A stretch of DNA of 32,000 nt from the NCBI GenBank assembly GCA_002421785.1, contig DIRZ01000003.1, positions 250,700 to 282,699 of the forward strand, read 5' to 3'. Source of the stretch: Candidatus Saccharimonadota bacterium. GTDB taxonomy: Bacteria; Patescibacteriota; Saccharimonadia; Saccharimonadales; Saccharimonadaceae. The position numbers and the translations under genes were made by a program. Below the pieces are notes generated by a model, which made no database searches, was not told the DNA's origin, and worked only from the letters and a program-made list of their open reading frames with translations. Below, one piece after another: positions 15,343 to 22,340 of this stretch (positions are counted from its first letter, which is position 1; each line of letters starts with the position of its first letter).

Positions 15343-17364
15343 CTACAACTGTCGAACAAATTCCTGGAATTCTCCCTCAGAGATAACTTTCGTTCCATAG
15401 CGCTTAGCTTTCGCAAGCTTACTCGCCCCAACCTTACCGCCTGCAACAAGGTATGTCGTATCCTTCGCGACAGAACTTTGAAATACTCCGCCCTGCGCGC
15501 GAATCATTTCTGCTGCTTCATCGCGCGTCATTGATTCTAGACTACCCGTAATGACAAAGCTCTGCCCGACGAGCTTGCCCGATTTTGGTGTATAGTGAGG
15601 CACAACGCCAAGCAGGTTAAATTTTTCAAGCAATGCCATATTGTCATCGTCCGCAAACCACGCCGCGATACTTTCCGCAACAACGACACCGATACCGTCA
15701 ACATCAGTCAGTTGATCAAGGGTTGATTGCGCTAAAATATCGAGAGATTTAAACCGAGCAACCAAATCAATAGCTGTCTGAACGCCAACGTGGCGGATGC
15801 CCAGGCCAAAAAGAAATCGTTCAAGTGGCGGCTGTTTCTTCTCAGCAATCGCATCAATAAGCTTACGTGCCGAAATATCCCCAAAGCGATCAATCTGCAA
15901 CAGATCTTCCACAGAAAGCGTGTAAATATCAGCCAAATCTTTCACCAGACCGGCATCGACAAGCGCCACCACATTTTTCTCGCCGAGTGTGTCAATGTCA
16001 AGAGCACCTTTGCTCGCAAAATGTTGAAGCGCTCGCTTTAGAATCAATGGTCCCGTAAGGCCTTTTACTCGGTACACCACCTCGCCCTCTGGGCGCTCAA
16101 ACTCCAACTCCGGGTACTGCCTGGCAAGCTCGGCGTTGTAGTCAATGGGTTGCGCATCAACCTGCCGTAGGTCTGTAATGACGCCTTCGACTTGCGGAAT
16201 AATATCCCCGGCCTTAAAAATAACAACCGTGTCTCCACGACGAATGTCCAAACGCGCAATTTCGTCGGCGTTGTGCAGACTGGCGTGCCGAACGGTCGTA
16301 CCCGCCACTTGTACAGGATCGAAAACTGCAACGGGAGTAGCGGCACCTGTGCGGCCAATCGAGATAACGATATCACGCACTACTGTTGTCGCCTGCTCGG
16401 CGGCATATTTATAAGCAACCGCACCACGGGGTTGCTTACCAACAATTCCAAGTTTATTATAGAGATCGCGGTCATTAACTTTAACGACAAGTCCATCTGT
16501 ATTAAAAGGTAGCTCGTGTCGGGCATCATCCCAATGACGCACAAAAGACATCACATCATGTAACGAGGTGAATACCGCTGCCTCCGGATTACGAGTAATG
16601 CCAAGTGCCGTCAGCGCCTCGTAGGCGAACATATTCGTTGGCACCTCGTCAGCATGATCACGAATGAGGTCGTATCCTCGAAAATGAAGCGGTCGGCTCG
16701 CCACCAGTGCCGGGTCAAGCTGACGTACCGTACCCGCTGATAGGTTACGCGGGTTAGCAAACTCGGGCTTTCCTGCTGCGCGTTGCTGCTCATTCAGCGC
16801 AGCAAAATCTTTCTTCAACATCACCACTTCTCCTCGAATTTCCGTACGCCCCTCAAGAAAACCCTCATACCCAGCCGCGCGCCTGAGGCGGAGAGGTACG
16901 TTCTTTATGGTACGGACATTGGCAGTCACATCTTCGCCCTCATAGCTATCACCACGAGTAACCGCCTGCCGCAAAATACCATCTTCGTAGATAAGCGCAC
17001 AGGCAAGGCCATCCATCTTGATATCAGCAAAAAACTCATGCCTTACACCGGGTAGCTGTTTATCAATTCGTTTTACCCATGCCTCGACCTCTGCCGTGTC
17101 AAACACATCATTCAAACTGATCATTCGCGTGCGATGCCTTACTTTTGCAAAACCATCCAGTAACTTGTTACCAACTCGCTGAGTGGGGCTATCGGGCGTA
17201 ACAAGCTCAGGATGTTCACGTTCAATGGTCTTTAATTCGCCAAACAGTCCGTCGTAAACTGCATCGCTGACACTCGGCTGGTCGAGCACATGATATTCAT
17301 AGCTATAGCGCTCGATAACCTGGCGAAGCTCTGCAACGCGATCACTAGGCTGGTTTTGCGTCAT
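15343..17364 (-). CDS. ligA: NAD+-dependent DNA ligase
   Basis: 673 aa. The adenylation motif is DIKMDGLA (KxDG). OB, Zn, HhH and C-terminal BRCT-like regions follow in the typical order. Confidence 0.95.
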   Translation of the reverse strand: MTQNQPSDRVAELRQVIERYSYEYHVLDQPSVSDAVYDGLFGELKTIEREHPELVTPDSPTQRVGNKLLDGFAKVRHRTRMISLNDVFDTAEVEAWVKRIDKQLPGVRHEFFADIKMDGLACALIYEDGILRQAVTRGDSYEGEDVTANVRTIKNVPLRLRRAAGYEGFLEGRTEIRGEVVMLKKDFAALNEQQRAAGKPEFANPRNLSAGTVRQLDPALVASRPLHFRGYDLIRDHADEVPTNMFAYEALTALGITRNPEAAVFTSLHDVMSFVRHWDDARHELPFNTDGLVVKVNDRDLYNKLGIVGKQPRGAVAYKYAAEQATTVVRDIVISIGRTGAATPVAVFDPVQVAGTTVRHASLHNADEIARLDIRRGDTVVIFKAGDIIPQVEGVITDLRQVDAQPIDYNAELARQYPELEFERPEGEVVYRVKGLTGPLILKRALQHFASKGALDIDTLGEKNVVALVDAGLVKDLADIYTLSVEDLLQIDRFGDISARKLIDAIAEKKQPPLERFLFGLGIRHVGVQTAIDLVARFKSLDILAQSTLDQLTDVDGIGVVVAESIAAWFADDDNMALLEKFNLLGVVPHYTPKSGKLVGQSFVITGSLESMTRDEAAEMIRAQGGVFQSSVAKDTTYLVAGGKVGASKLAKAKRYGTKVISEGEFQEFVRQL

Positions 17365-18475
17365 CGTCGACTACCTTTCTATAAAGTAAGTACACGTATG
17401 CCGCCAGCCACACGCTTGAGGCAGCGCTCATCACCGCAGCAGCCATAGGCATAGTTGGGACATCAGACACGGCACTCCATGCATCTTTTACTGCAGTATC
17501 TAAGATGAGCAGTGGAATAAATACTACAGCCCAGGCGACAACGATCATAAACATGCCCCACAGTAGTCGGTACATGATACGCAACCGACGCCCTACTACC
17601 AAGTCACCTGATGATTTTAGCGCGCGTAGCGGATACATACCAGGAAGCGTAACGACAACCAGGGCAATTATTGTGCTTGTTACCCAGTAAAGTACAAGCG
17701 CGCCGACTGTCACTGCAAAAATCCAAAATAGCATGGAGCTAAACCCATTTTCCAGGAGGCCAACAGAGCTAAGCGCGGCATATATAAGTGCAACAATACC
17801 CGCTGGCAAGCATTGCAGAATCAGGACGAACACAACAATAAACGTAGAGACAAACGGCGATCCTGAATTATACAACCCGTCACGAAGCCGAGGGCGACGA
17901 CCCAAAAGATACTCACGCAGCAGCCAGACCGTCGTAAGCCACGCGAGCAACAACGCCAGACCAAGGAATATTTGCTGCTCCACCGTCAACGCACCAGGAC
18001 CAGATGCAAATGTTGAAAGCAACAACAGGCCTGCCTCTCCTAGTTTACCTGTGCCTCCGGTGAACACTTCAGGACCCGCCTCTTGCAGCAGCTCACTAAT
18101 TTGGCTATATGCCTGCTGGTTTGTAATACCCCCTAGTGCCATCATTGCAAATCCGTACAAAAGAACCAGGAGCAAAAAGGTGCGACGGTGTCGCTGTAGC
18201 GTCCGCCATACGAACAATGTAAACGAAATATATCCGGGAAGCCGTAGTGACCGAACGTAATCGCGTCGTCTTGTAAGCTGGAAACTACGGTGAGGACGAC
18301 GGTCAAGGAAGCCCTGGTAGCGACGCGTCAGGCGTGCGTTTGTTCGCCCCAGCCAACTGTTGAATCTACGCCCAGGAGATGTTCGCACGCGCGCTGTCGT
18401 TATCGTTTTTTTTGAACGTGTCTTCGCAGTATTCTTCGTTTTTTTCAGCACCATACTCACTTTAGTATACCGCAT
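17345..18475 (-). CDS. polytopic membrane protein with ~100-aa Arg/Lys-rich N-terminal region, function unknown
   Basis: Track ORF trimmed to the ATG at 18475 (RBS GGGGGAG 5 nt upstream), because the upstream part reads through tRNA-Leu. The alternative ATG at 18454 is also possible. Several long hydrophobic helices are present, and the stop overlaps the ligA start by 20 nt. Confidence 0.6.
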   Translation of the reverse strand: MRYTKVSMVLKKTKNTAKTRSKKTITTARVRTSPGRRFNSWLGRTNARLTRRYQGFLDRRPHRSFQLTRRRDYVRSLRLPGYISFTLFVWRTLQRHRRTFLLLVLLYGFAMMALGGITNQQAYSQISELLQEAGPEVFTGGTGKLGEAGLLLLSTFASGPGALTVEQQIFLGLALLLAWLTTVWLLREYLLGRRPRLRDGLYNSGSPFVSTFIVVFVLILQCLPAGIVALIYAALSSVGLLENGFSSMLFWIFAVTVGALVLYWVTSTIIALVVVTLPGMYPLRALKSSGDLVVGRRLRIMYRLLWGMFMIVVAWAVVFIPLLILDTAVKDAWSAVSDVPTMPMAAAVMSAASSVWLAAYVYLLYRKVVDDDAKPA

Positions 18476-18491
18476 CTCGACTCCCCCGCAC

Positions 18492-18528
18492 CAACAAAAC
18501 ACCCTTGGACAAGCCAAGGGAATTTTGT
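18492..18528 (-). terminator. terminator-like stem-loop immediately 3' of tRNA-Leu(TAA)
   Basis: The minus strand reads CAACAAAATTCCCTTGG-CTTGT-CCAAGGGTGTTTTGTTG. The GC core CCCTTGG/CCAAGGG is followed by TGTTTTGTT. The hairpin abuts the RBS of the next CDS, so it may attenuate transcription or act as a processing site. Confidence 0.45.
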
Positions 18529-18614
18529 TGGTGCGCAGAGCGGGAATCGAACCCGCACGACTTTTGGTCAAGGGATTTTAAGTCCCTCGCGTCTACCTAT
18601 TCCGCCATCCGCGC
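18529..18614 (-). tRNA. tRNA-Leu (anticodon TAA), long variable arm, CCA encoded
   Basis: Reverse complement is GCGCGGATGGCGGAATAGGTAGACGCGAGGGACTTAAAATCCCTTGACCAAAAGTCGTGCGGGTTCGAATCCCGCTCTGCGCACCA. The anticodon stem is AGGGA/TCCCT with loop CTTAAAA, and the T-loop is TTCGAAT. Confidence 0.9.
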
Positions 18615-18737
18615 ATATAGTGGATACCATTTAACATCATCTATACCAGAGCTGCGACTCTGTGCGATACGCGACTACGATTACTTGCGCTTCACCCGAG
18701 ACGCTCATCAGCGCATACACCGATACAGATAAATTCG

Positions 18738-18811
18738 TGGAGGCACGTACGGGAGTTGCACCCGTCTACGCGGTTTTGCAGACCGCTGCGTAACTGCTCC
18801 GCCAACGCGCC
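18738..18811 (-). tRNA. tRNA-Cys (anticodon GCA), CCA encoded
   Basis: Reverse complement is GGCGCGTTGGCGGAGCAGTTACGCAGCGGTCTGCAAAACCGCGTAGACGGGTGCAACTCCCGTACGTGCCTCCA. The anticodon stem is GCGGT/ACCGC with loop CTGCAAA, and the discriminator is U. The T-loop reads TGCAACT rather than the canonical TTCRAnY. Confidence 0.8.
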
Positions 18812-18820
18812 ACTTCTAGT

Positions 18821-18829
18821 ATTATAGCA
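18821..18829 (-). promoter_or_regulatory. candidate extended -10 promoter (TGCTATAAT) for the tRNA-Cys/tRNA-Leu unit
   Basis: The minus strand reads TTGCTATAATACT about 10 nt upstream of the tRNA-Cys 5' end. The same GCTATAAT core appears upstream of tRNA-Leu(GAG). Confidence 0.4.
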
Positions 18830-18859
18830 AATGATTTGAGCTATGGAGGTTATTCTGTT

Positions 18860-19462
18860 TTATGAGCTCGGGCCAGGGACAGTTACCCAGCACAGTGTCT
18901 TCCCGAGGCTACTGATATTCCCCAAACTATACCCAGTGGTCGAAGCAATAAAATTTGGCCAAGTATACTGAACGACATTTCCAACTCCGCAGTTTTGGTT
19001 CGTTCCTAGCAGATGATAGGTTAGCCGCATCGGCTGTGTAGTACCGCCGTAGGTCATGGTTGTATTATATGTGAACCACATACCCGCCCCATTCGCTGAG
19101 CCAGTTTTCGGAATACTCAACGGAACCACACCGACAGTCGCAATATTCGTATTAAATGTTGTTGAAGAATCCTTAACAACTCCCGCACTGTCTATACATC
19201 CAGAATCAATCGTAATGCACGCATCTCCAATTGTCGCAAATGGATACGCATCATTTGCCGCTATATACGCTTGCATCATGCGAAGCGATTTACTCGCAGC
19301 ATCGATTGTAGCGGTATTATTAGCACGCTGCTGAATGCCATTATAAGAAGCGATGGAGATGGCGGCCAGTATCGCAATCACTACGATGACTATAAGAAGC
19401 TCAACGATTGTAAAGCCTGTGGCGGTACCAGGCGTGCGATTTGGTGTGCTAAGCATAAGCAT
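18860..19462 (-). CDS. type IV pilin-like protein (prepilin-type N-terminal cleavage/methylation domain)
   Basis: The N-terminus is MLMLSTPNRTPGTATGFTIVELLIVIVVIAILAAISIASYNGIQQRANN. The mature N-terminal helix is nearly identical to that of the 127..714 gene. The alternative ATG at 19456 is also possible. Confidence 0.8.
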   Translation of the reverse strand: MLMLSTPNRTPGTATGFTIVELLIVIVVIAILAAISIASYNGIQQRANNTATIDAASKSLRMMQAYIAANDAYPFATIGDACITIDSGCIDSAGVVKDSSTTFNTNIATVGVVPLSIPKTGSANGAGMWFTYNTTMTYGGTTQPMRLTYHLLGTNQNCGVGNVVQYTWPNFIASTTGYSLGNISSLGKTLCWVTVPGPSS

Positions 19463-19470
19463 CTACCTTC

Positions 19471-19499
19471 ATTTAAACACCCTCGCCAGCAGGAGTCAA
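19471..19499 (-). promoter_or_regulatory. candidate sigma70-type promoter of the pilin gene
   Basis: Minus strand: -35 TTGACT (19499-19494), 17-nt spacer, -10 TTAAAT (19476-19471). GAAGG follows just before the ATG. Confidence 0.4.
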
Positions 19500-19522
19500 C
19501 CGCGCCCGAACTCAACCAAGCT

Positions 19523-19549
19523 CAACAAAAAGGATGTCCAAAGGACATC
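19523..19549 (-). terminator. intrinsic terminator
   Basis: The minus strand reads GATGTCC-TTT-GGACATC followed by CTTTTTGTTG. It closes the non-coding unit that ends in the tRNA-like ...GTGCACCA. Confidence 0.55.
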
Positions 19550-19556
19550 AAATTTG

Positions 19557-19579
19557 TTTGGTGCACTGAAGAGGACTTG
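19557..19579 (-). repeat. relic copy of the 3' end of tRNA-Leu(GAG) (21/23 identity to 19751..19773)
   Basis: The plus strand reads tttggtgcactgAagaGgacttg at 19557-19579 and tttggtgcactgGagaAgacttg at 19751-19773. It contains the acceptor 3' strand plus CCA, but I could not find a matching 5' acceptor strand or a D or anticodon arm nearby. Confidence 0.6.
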
Positions 19580-19713
19580 GTGACCTTATGGCGACCCCGA
19601 CTCGACATACTTGAAGCATAGCTTCAAATCTATCTCCGTCCTTGCGGTTCGCTACATAGCGAAGAGGACTTTCGCTCCTCACCTCCACACGTGTCGGTTC
19701 AAGCAGTTTTATG

Positions 19714-19745
19714 CCAAAATAAAAACCCAAGCAAATGCTCGGGTT
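19714..19745 (-). terminator. intrinsic terminator of tRNA-Leu(GAG)
   Basis: The minus strand reads AACCCGAGC-ATTT-GCTTGGGTT followed by TTTTATTTT, beginning 8 nt after the tRNA CCA end. Confidence 0.65.
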
Positions 19746-19752
19746 AATATTT

Positions 19753-19840
19753 TGGTGCACTGGAGAAGACTTGAACTTCCACGATCGCAATGATCACCAG
19801 CCCCTCAAGCTGACGCGTCTACCAATTTCGCCACCAGTGC
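19753..19840 (-). tRNA. tRNA-Leu (anticodon GAG), long variable arm, CCA encoded
   Basis: Reverse complement is GCACTGGTGGCGAAATTGGTAGACGCGTCAGCTTGAGGGGCTGGTGATCATTGCGATCGTGGAAGTTCAAGTCTTCTCCAGTGCACCA. The anticodon loop is TTGAGGG, and the variable arm has a GATC...GATC stem. Confidence 0.9.
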
Positions 19841-19870
19841 ATATAACCAATTCTGAAAGTACAGCTATGG

Positions 19871-19899
19871 ATTATAGCGAATTTAGGGTGTTTTGTAAA
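19871..19899 (-). promoter_or_regulatory. sigma70-type promoter of tRNA-Leu(GAG)
   Basis: Minus strand: -35 TTTACA (19899-19894), exactly 17-nt spacer, -10 TATAAT (19876-19871), about 30 nt upstream of the tRNA 5' end. It lies inside the 3' end of the SBP gene. Confidence 0.55.
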
Positions 19900-21679
19900 C
19901 CGTATCTGAATGAACGGTCCAATAAAGCACATTTGCATAACGATCCGCTTCACTAACCAGCTGTGCACCAGGTCGAACCGCATCAACATTCTCATTAGAA
20001 ACGTACTCCAGTACTGGCTGGTAAAGCGCCAACGCCGGAGCATCCTCCTGCCACTGCCTCACGAATTGTTTATACTTCGCATTGCGTAGTTCAGGTTCCA
20101 GGCGGGAACGGGCGCTCGCCAAGCTTGCGTCAACAGCCTTATTAGAATAGCTTGTAAAATTGTACCCTGTTTGCCCGATTTGTGATGAGTGCCAATATGC
20201 GTATACATCTGGGTCTGCTCCGATGGCAAGTTCATACAGAAGCATATCAAAGTTTCGCGCCTGAAGTGTATCTTGTACAAAAGTTGACGCAATGCCGCTT
20301 GTATCAACTATCTTCCGTTCAATATTAACGCCAATTTTTTGCCACTGCTTCACAAGGTTGTCAATCGAACGTACATTTTCGCTATTCTTTGTGGTTGTGA
20401 TTGTGAAGCTAAGTGCTTGACCATCGCGCACGCGCCCACTGCCCGACAATTTCCACCCGGCTTCATCCAGCAGCGCCTGTGCGCGCGCAATATCTGGTGG
20501 CGCTACCTTTGGAATATCCGCGCCTTCAAGTTGGCTACGTAAAACAGGCGCATCAAGCGGAAGCACACCGCCACCAATATCAGAACGGAGGGCGGCAGTG
20601 TCCGTGGCAGCTTGCAGTGCCTTTCGCACCTTTACGTCTTTGAGTATCGGGTTATTCATGTTGAATAATAGGTAGACACCGCTATTGAGCGCCTGTGGCG
20701 TCAATTTATATCGCGCTGTATCGATACTAGGCGCCACAGTAGGCGAAAGTCCCGAAGCCCCGCTCAGCTCACCACTTCGAAGCGCTTTTAGCAAAGATGC
20801 TTCGTCCGGGTAGGCATGAATTTCAAAACGGTCCAACTTCGGAGCACCAGCATAGTACGCAGGGTTAGCTGCCAAGTGAACGACTTTGTGTCTGCTGACG
20901 TTGTCGGCTGCCTGAAGCAAACGAAAAGTGAACGGCCCACTGCCAACGGGTGAACGACTAAACGCACTTTCGCGAATTGCACCTGGAGCTACAGTCTTCA
21001 GGATATGTTCGGGAAGTATTGGAAATGTGAGTGCATGAGGAAAAGCCGCATACGTTGCAGGCAGAGTGAACTGAACGGTTGTGTTGTTTACCGCGGCAAC
21101 CGTTACGTCCAGCCAGTTAATGCGCAACGGAGAGCGAGCCGAAGGGTTCTTAATAAGATTGACGGTATACACGATATCACTCGCGAGAAGCGGCGTTTTA
21201 TCATGCCACGCCACGTCATCCCGAATCGTCGCAGTATACACACGCCCGCTTGCGTCGACTGTCAGACTTTTTATAATGTCCTGACGCAGATGCCCTGTCT
21301 CGTCATAGTTGTACAATGACGAAAAAAGCAAGCGACTCACAGACGCCTCCGATGGAGTCGTTAAGTAGAGCGGGTTCATTGTGTCGATTTGTCCGATAGT
21401 GCCTTCAACGAACGTACCGCCTTCAGCCCGCGCCGTAGCCGTAAATTGCGGCTTACTAACCAAGAGTTGAACACCAAGCGCAGCAATAATAATCCCCACA
21501 AGTACAAGCCAGGTCGTCACCTCGCGGGCAACAAGGCGTATATTATCGATTCGACGAACAATAAACCGATGGGCATGTCGCTGGGTAGCACCCTCAGCTT
21601 TTTGCATACGACGAGCGAGCCGCTTGCGGTCAAGCTTGATTCGTTTAAATTGATTCCACCCTGGCTTTTTCTCTTCCAC
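19883..21679 (-). CDS. ABC-transporter substrate-binding protein, family 5 (peptide/nickel/oligosaccharide type), N-terminally membrane-anchored
   Basis: 598 aa with a GTG start after AAGGA. It has a basic N-terminus followed by one TM helix (TTWLVLVGIIIAALGVQLLV). The large periplasmic-type domain has the length and general features of SBP_bac_5 proteins. Confidence 0.75.
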   Translation of the reverse strand: MEEKKPGWNQFKRIKLDRKRLARRMQKAEGATQRHAHRFIVRRIDNIRLVAREVTTWLVLVGIIIAALGVQLLVSKPQFTATARAEGGTFVEGTIGQIDTMNPLYLTTPSEASVSRLLFSSLYNYDETGHLRQDIIKSLTVDASGRVYTATIRDDVAWHDKTPLLASDIVYTVNLIKNPSARSPLRINWLDVTVAAVNNTTVQFTLPATYAAFPHALTFPILPEHILKTVAPGAIRESAFSRSPVGSGPFTFRLLQAADNVSRHKVVHLAANPAYYAGAPKLDRFEIHAYPDEASLLKALRSGELSGASGLSPTVAPSIDTARYKLTPQALNSGVYLLFNMNNPILKDVKVRKALQAATDTAALRSDIGGGVLPLDAPVLRSQLEGADIPKVAPPDIARAQALLDEAGWKLSGSGRVRDGQALSFTITTTKNSENVRSIDNLVKQWQKIGVNIERKIVDTSGIASTFVQDTLQARNFDMLLYELAIGADPDVYAYWHSSQIGQTGYNFTSYSNKAVDASLASARSRLEPELRNAKYKQFVRQWQEDAPALALYQPVLEYVSNENVDAVRPGAQLVSEADRYANVLYWTVHSDTVYKTP

Positions 21680-21687
21680 GGATATCC

Positions 21688-21921
21688 TTATTTAAGGTTT
21701 GGGAGGACAAGTCCTACGAGAATTGAGAGAACAAACGTAATTGCTAAAAAGATTGTGACTTCAAACAAATTCTTATCAAGTCCACGACGTGTCGTGTAAA
21801 GCTCGCTGGAGCCACCGAAGCCTGCACCCAGGCTTGCGCCACGCTGCTGTAGCAGAATCGCCAGAATCATTAAAACGGCCGATCCGATAGTTATAGTCTG
21901 CAATATGCTATCAATACTCAC
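21688..21921 (-). CDS. secG: preprotein translocase subunit SecG
   Basis: 77 aa with two TM helices flanking the Gly-rich loop LLQQRGASLGAGFGGSSELYTTRRG, which is typical of SecG. The GTG start overlaps the upstream stop (GTGA). Confidence 0.8.
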   Translation of the reverse strand: MSIDSILQTITIGSAVLMILAILLQQRGASLGAGFGGSSELYTTRRGLDKNLFEVTIFLAITFVLSILVGLVLPNLK

Positions 21922-22316
21922 TTGGTCTCCTCTCGTACGCGCATATATTCAAGTTCGAGCGCACTACTTACTATATAGTTTACCAGACTGAGCACCAATC
22001 CGGTAAGTACGGAATTCCAAAAAGTCATCGTAAGGTCACCCGGAGCAAGCTTCAAGGATATATACACCATTAGCCCATTGACAATAATCGTAAACAACCC
22101 GAGTGTAAGCAAAATCGCAGGAAGTGCCAAAATAATAACCGCCGGCTTAAGGATTGCGTTTACTAATGAGAATATCAGGCCTGCCATCAAGAATGCCCAA
22201 ATATTAGCATCGATTTCGGCGCCGGAATAGCCCGTTCCAAATATACGCACTGCGATCCACAGCCCAAATGAATTCAGCATCCATCGGATAGTAAAAATGA
22301 GAAATTGTCGTTTCAT
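21918..22316 (-). CDS. DUF360 / phage-holin-4_2 family membrane protein
   Basis: 132 aa with 4 TM helices. The motif LVNAILKPAVIILALPAILLTLGLFTIIVNGLMVY is characteristic of this family, recalled from memory. Confidence 0.65.
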   Translation of the reverse strand: MKRQFLIFTIRWMLNSFGLWIAVRIFGTGYSGAEIDANIWAFLMAGLIFSLVNAILKPAVIILALPAILLTLGLFTIIVNGLMVYISLKLAPGDLTMTFWNSVLTGLVLSLVNYIVSSALELEYMRVREETK

Positions 22317-22340
22317 TATTACTTTCAGTATAGCGTATTG

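Noticed and set aside
17733-18260. 175-aa plus-strand ORF
   Set aside because: It is antisense to the hydrophobic membrane-protein gene. Its Pro/Ser/Arg-rich composition is typical of a wrong-frame translation.
18670-18715. CUGAUGA (hammerhead core-like heptamer) on the minus strand in the tRNA-Leu/tRNA-Cys spacer
   Set aside because: The stem II that follows is not succeeded by the required GAA, and no stem I/III arrangement can be drawn. A 7-mer is expected several times by chance in 64 kb.
19640-19680. GAGGAGCGAAAGTCCTC on the minus strand, reminiscent of the RNase P RNA P4 motif GAGGAAAGUCC
   Set aside because: The surrounding non-coding segment is only about 160 nt and lacks the other conserved RNase P elements I know. 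I also saw no SRP RNA, tmRNA or 6S signatures. It is kept only as an unclassified candidate ncRNA.
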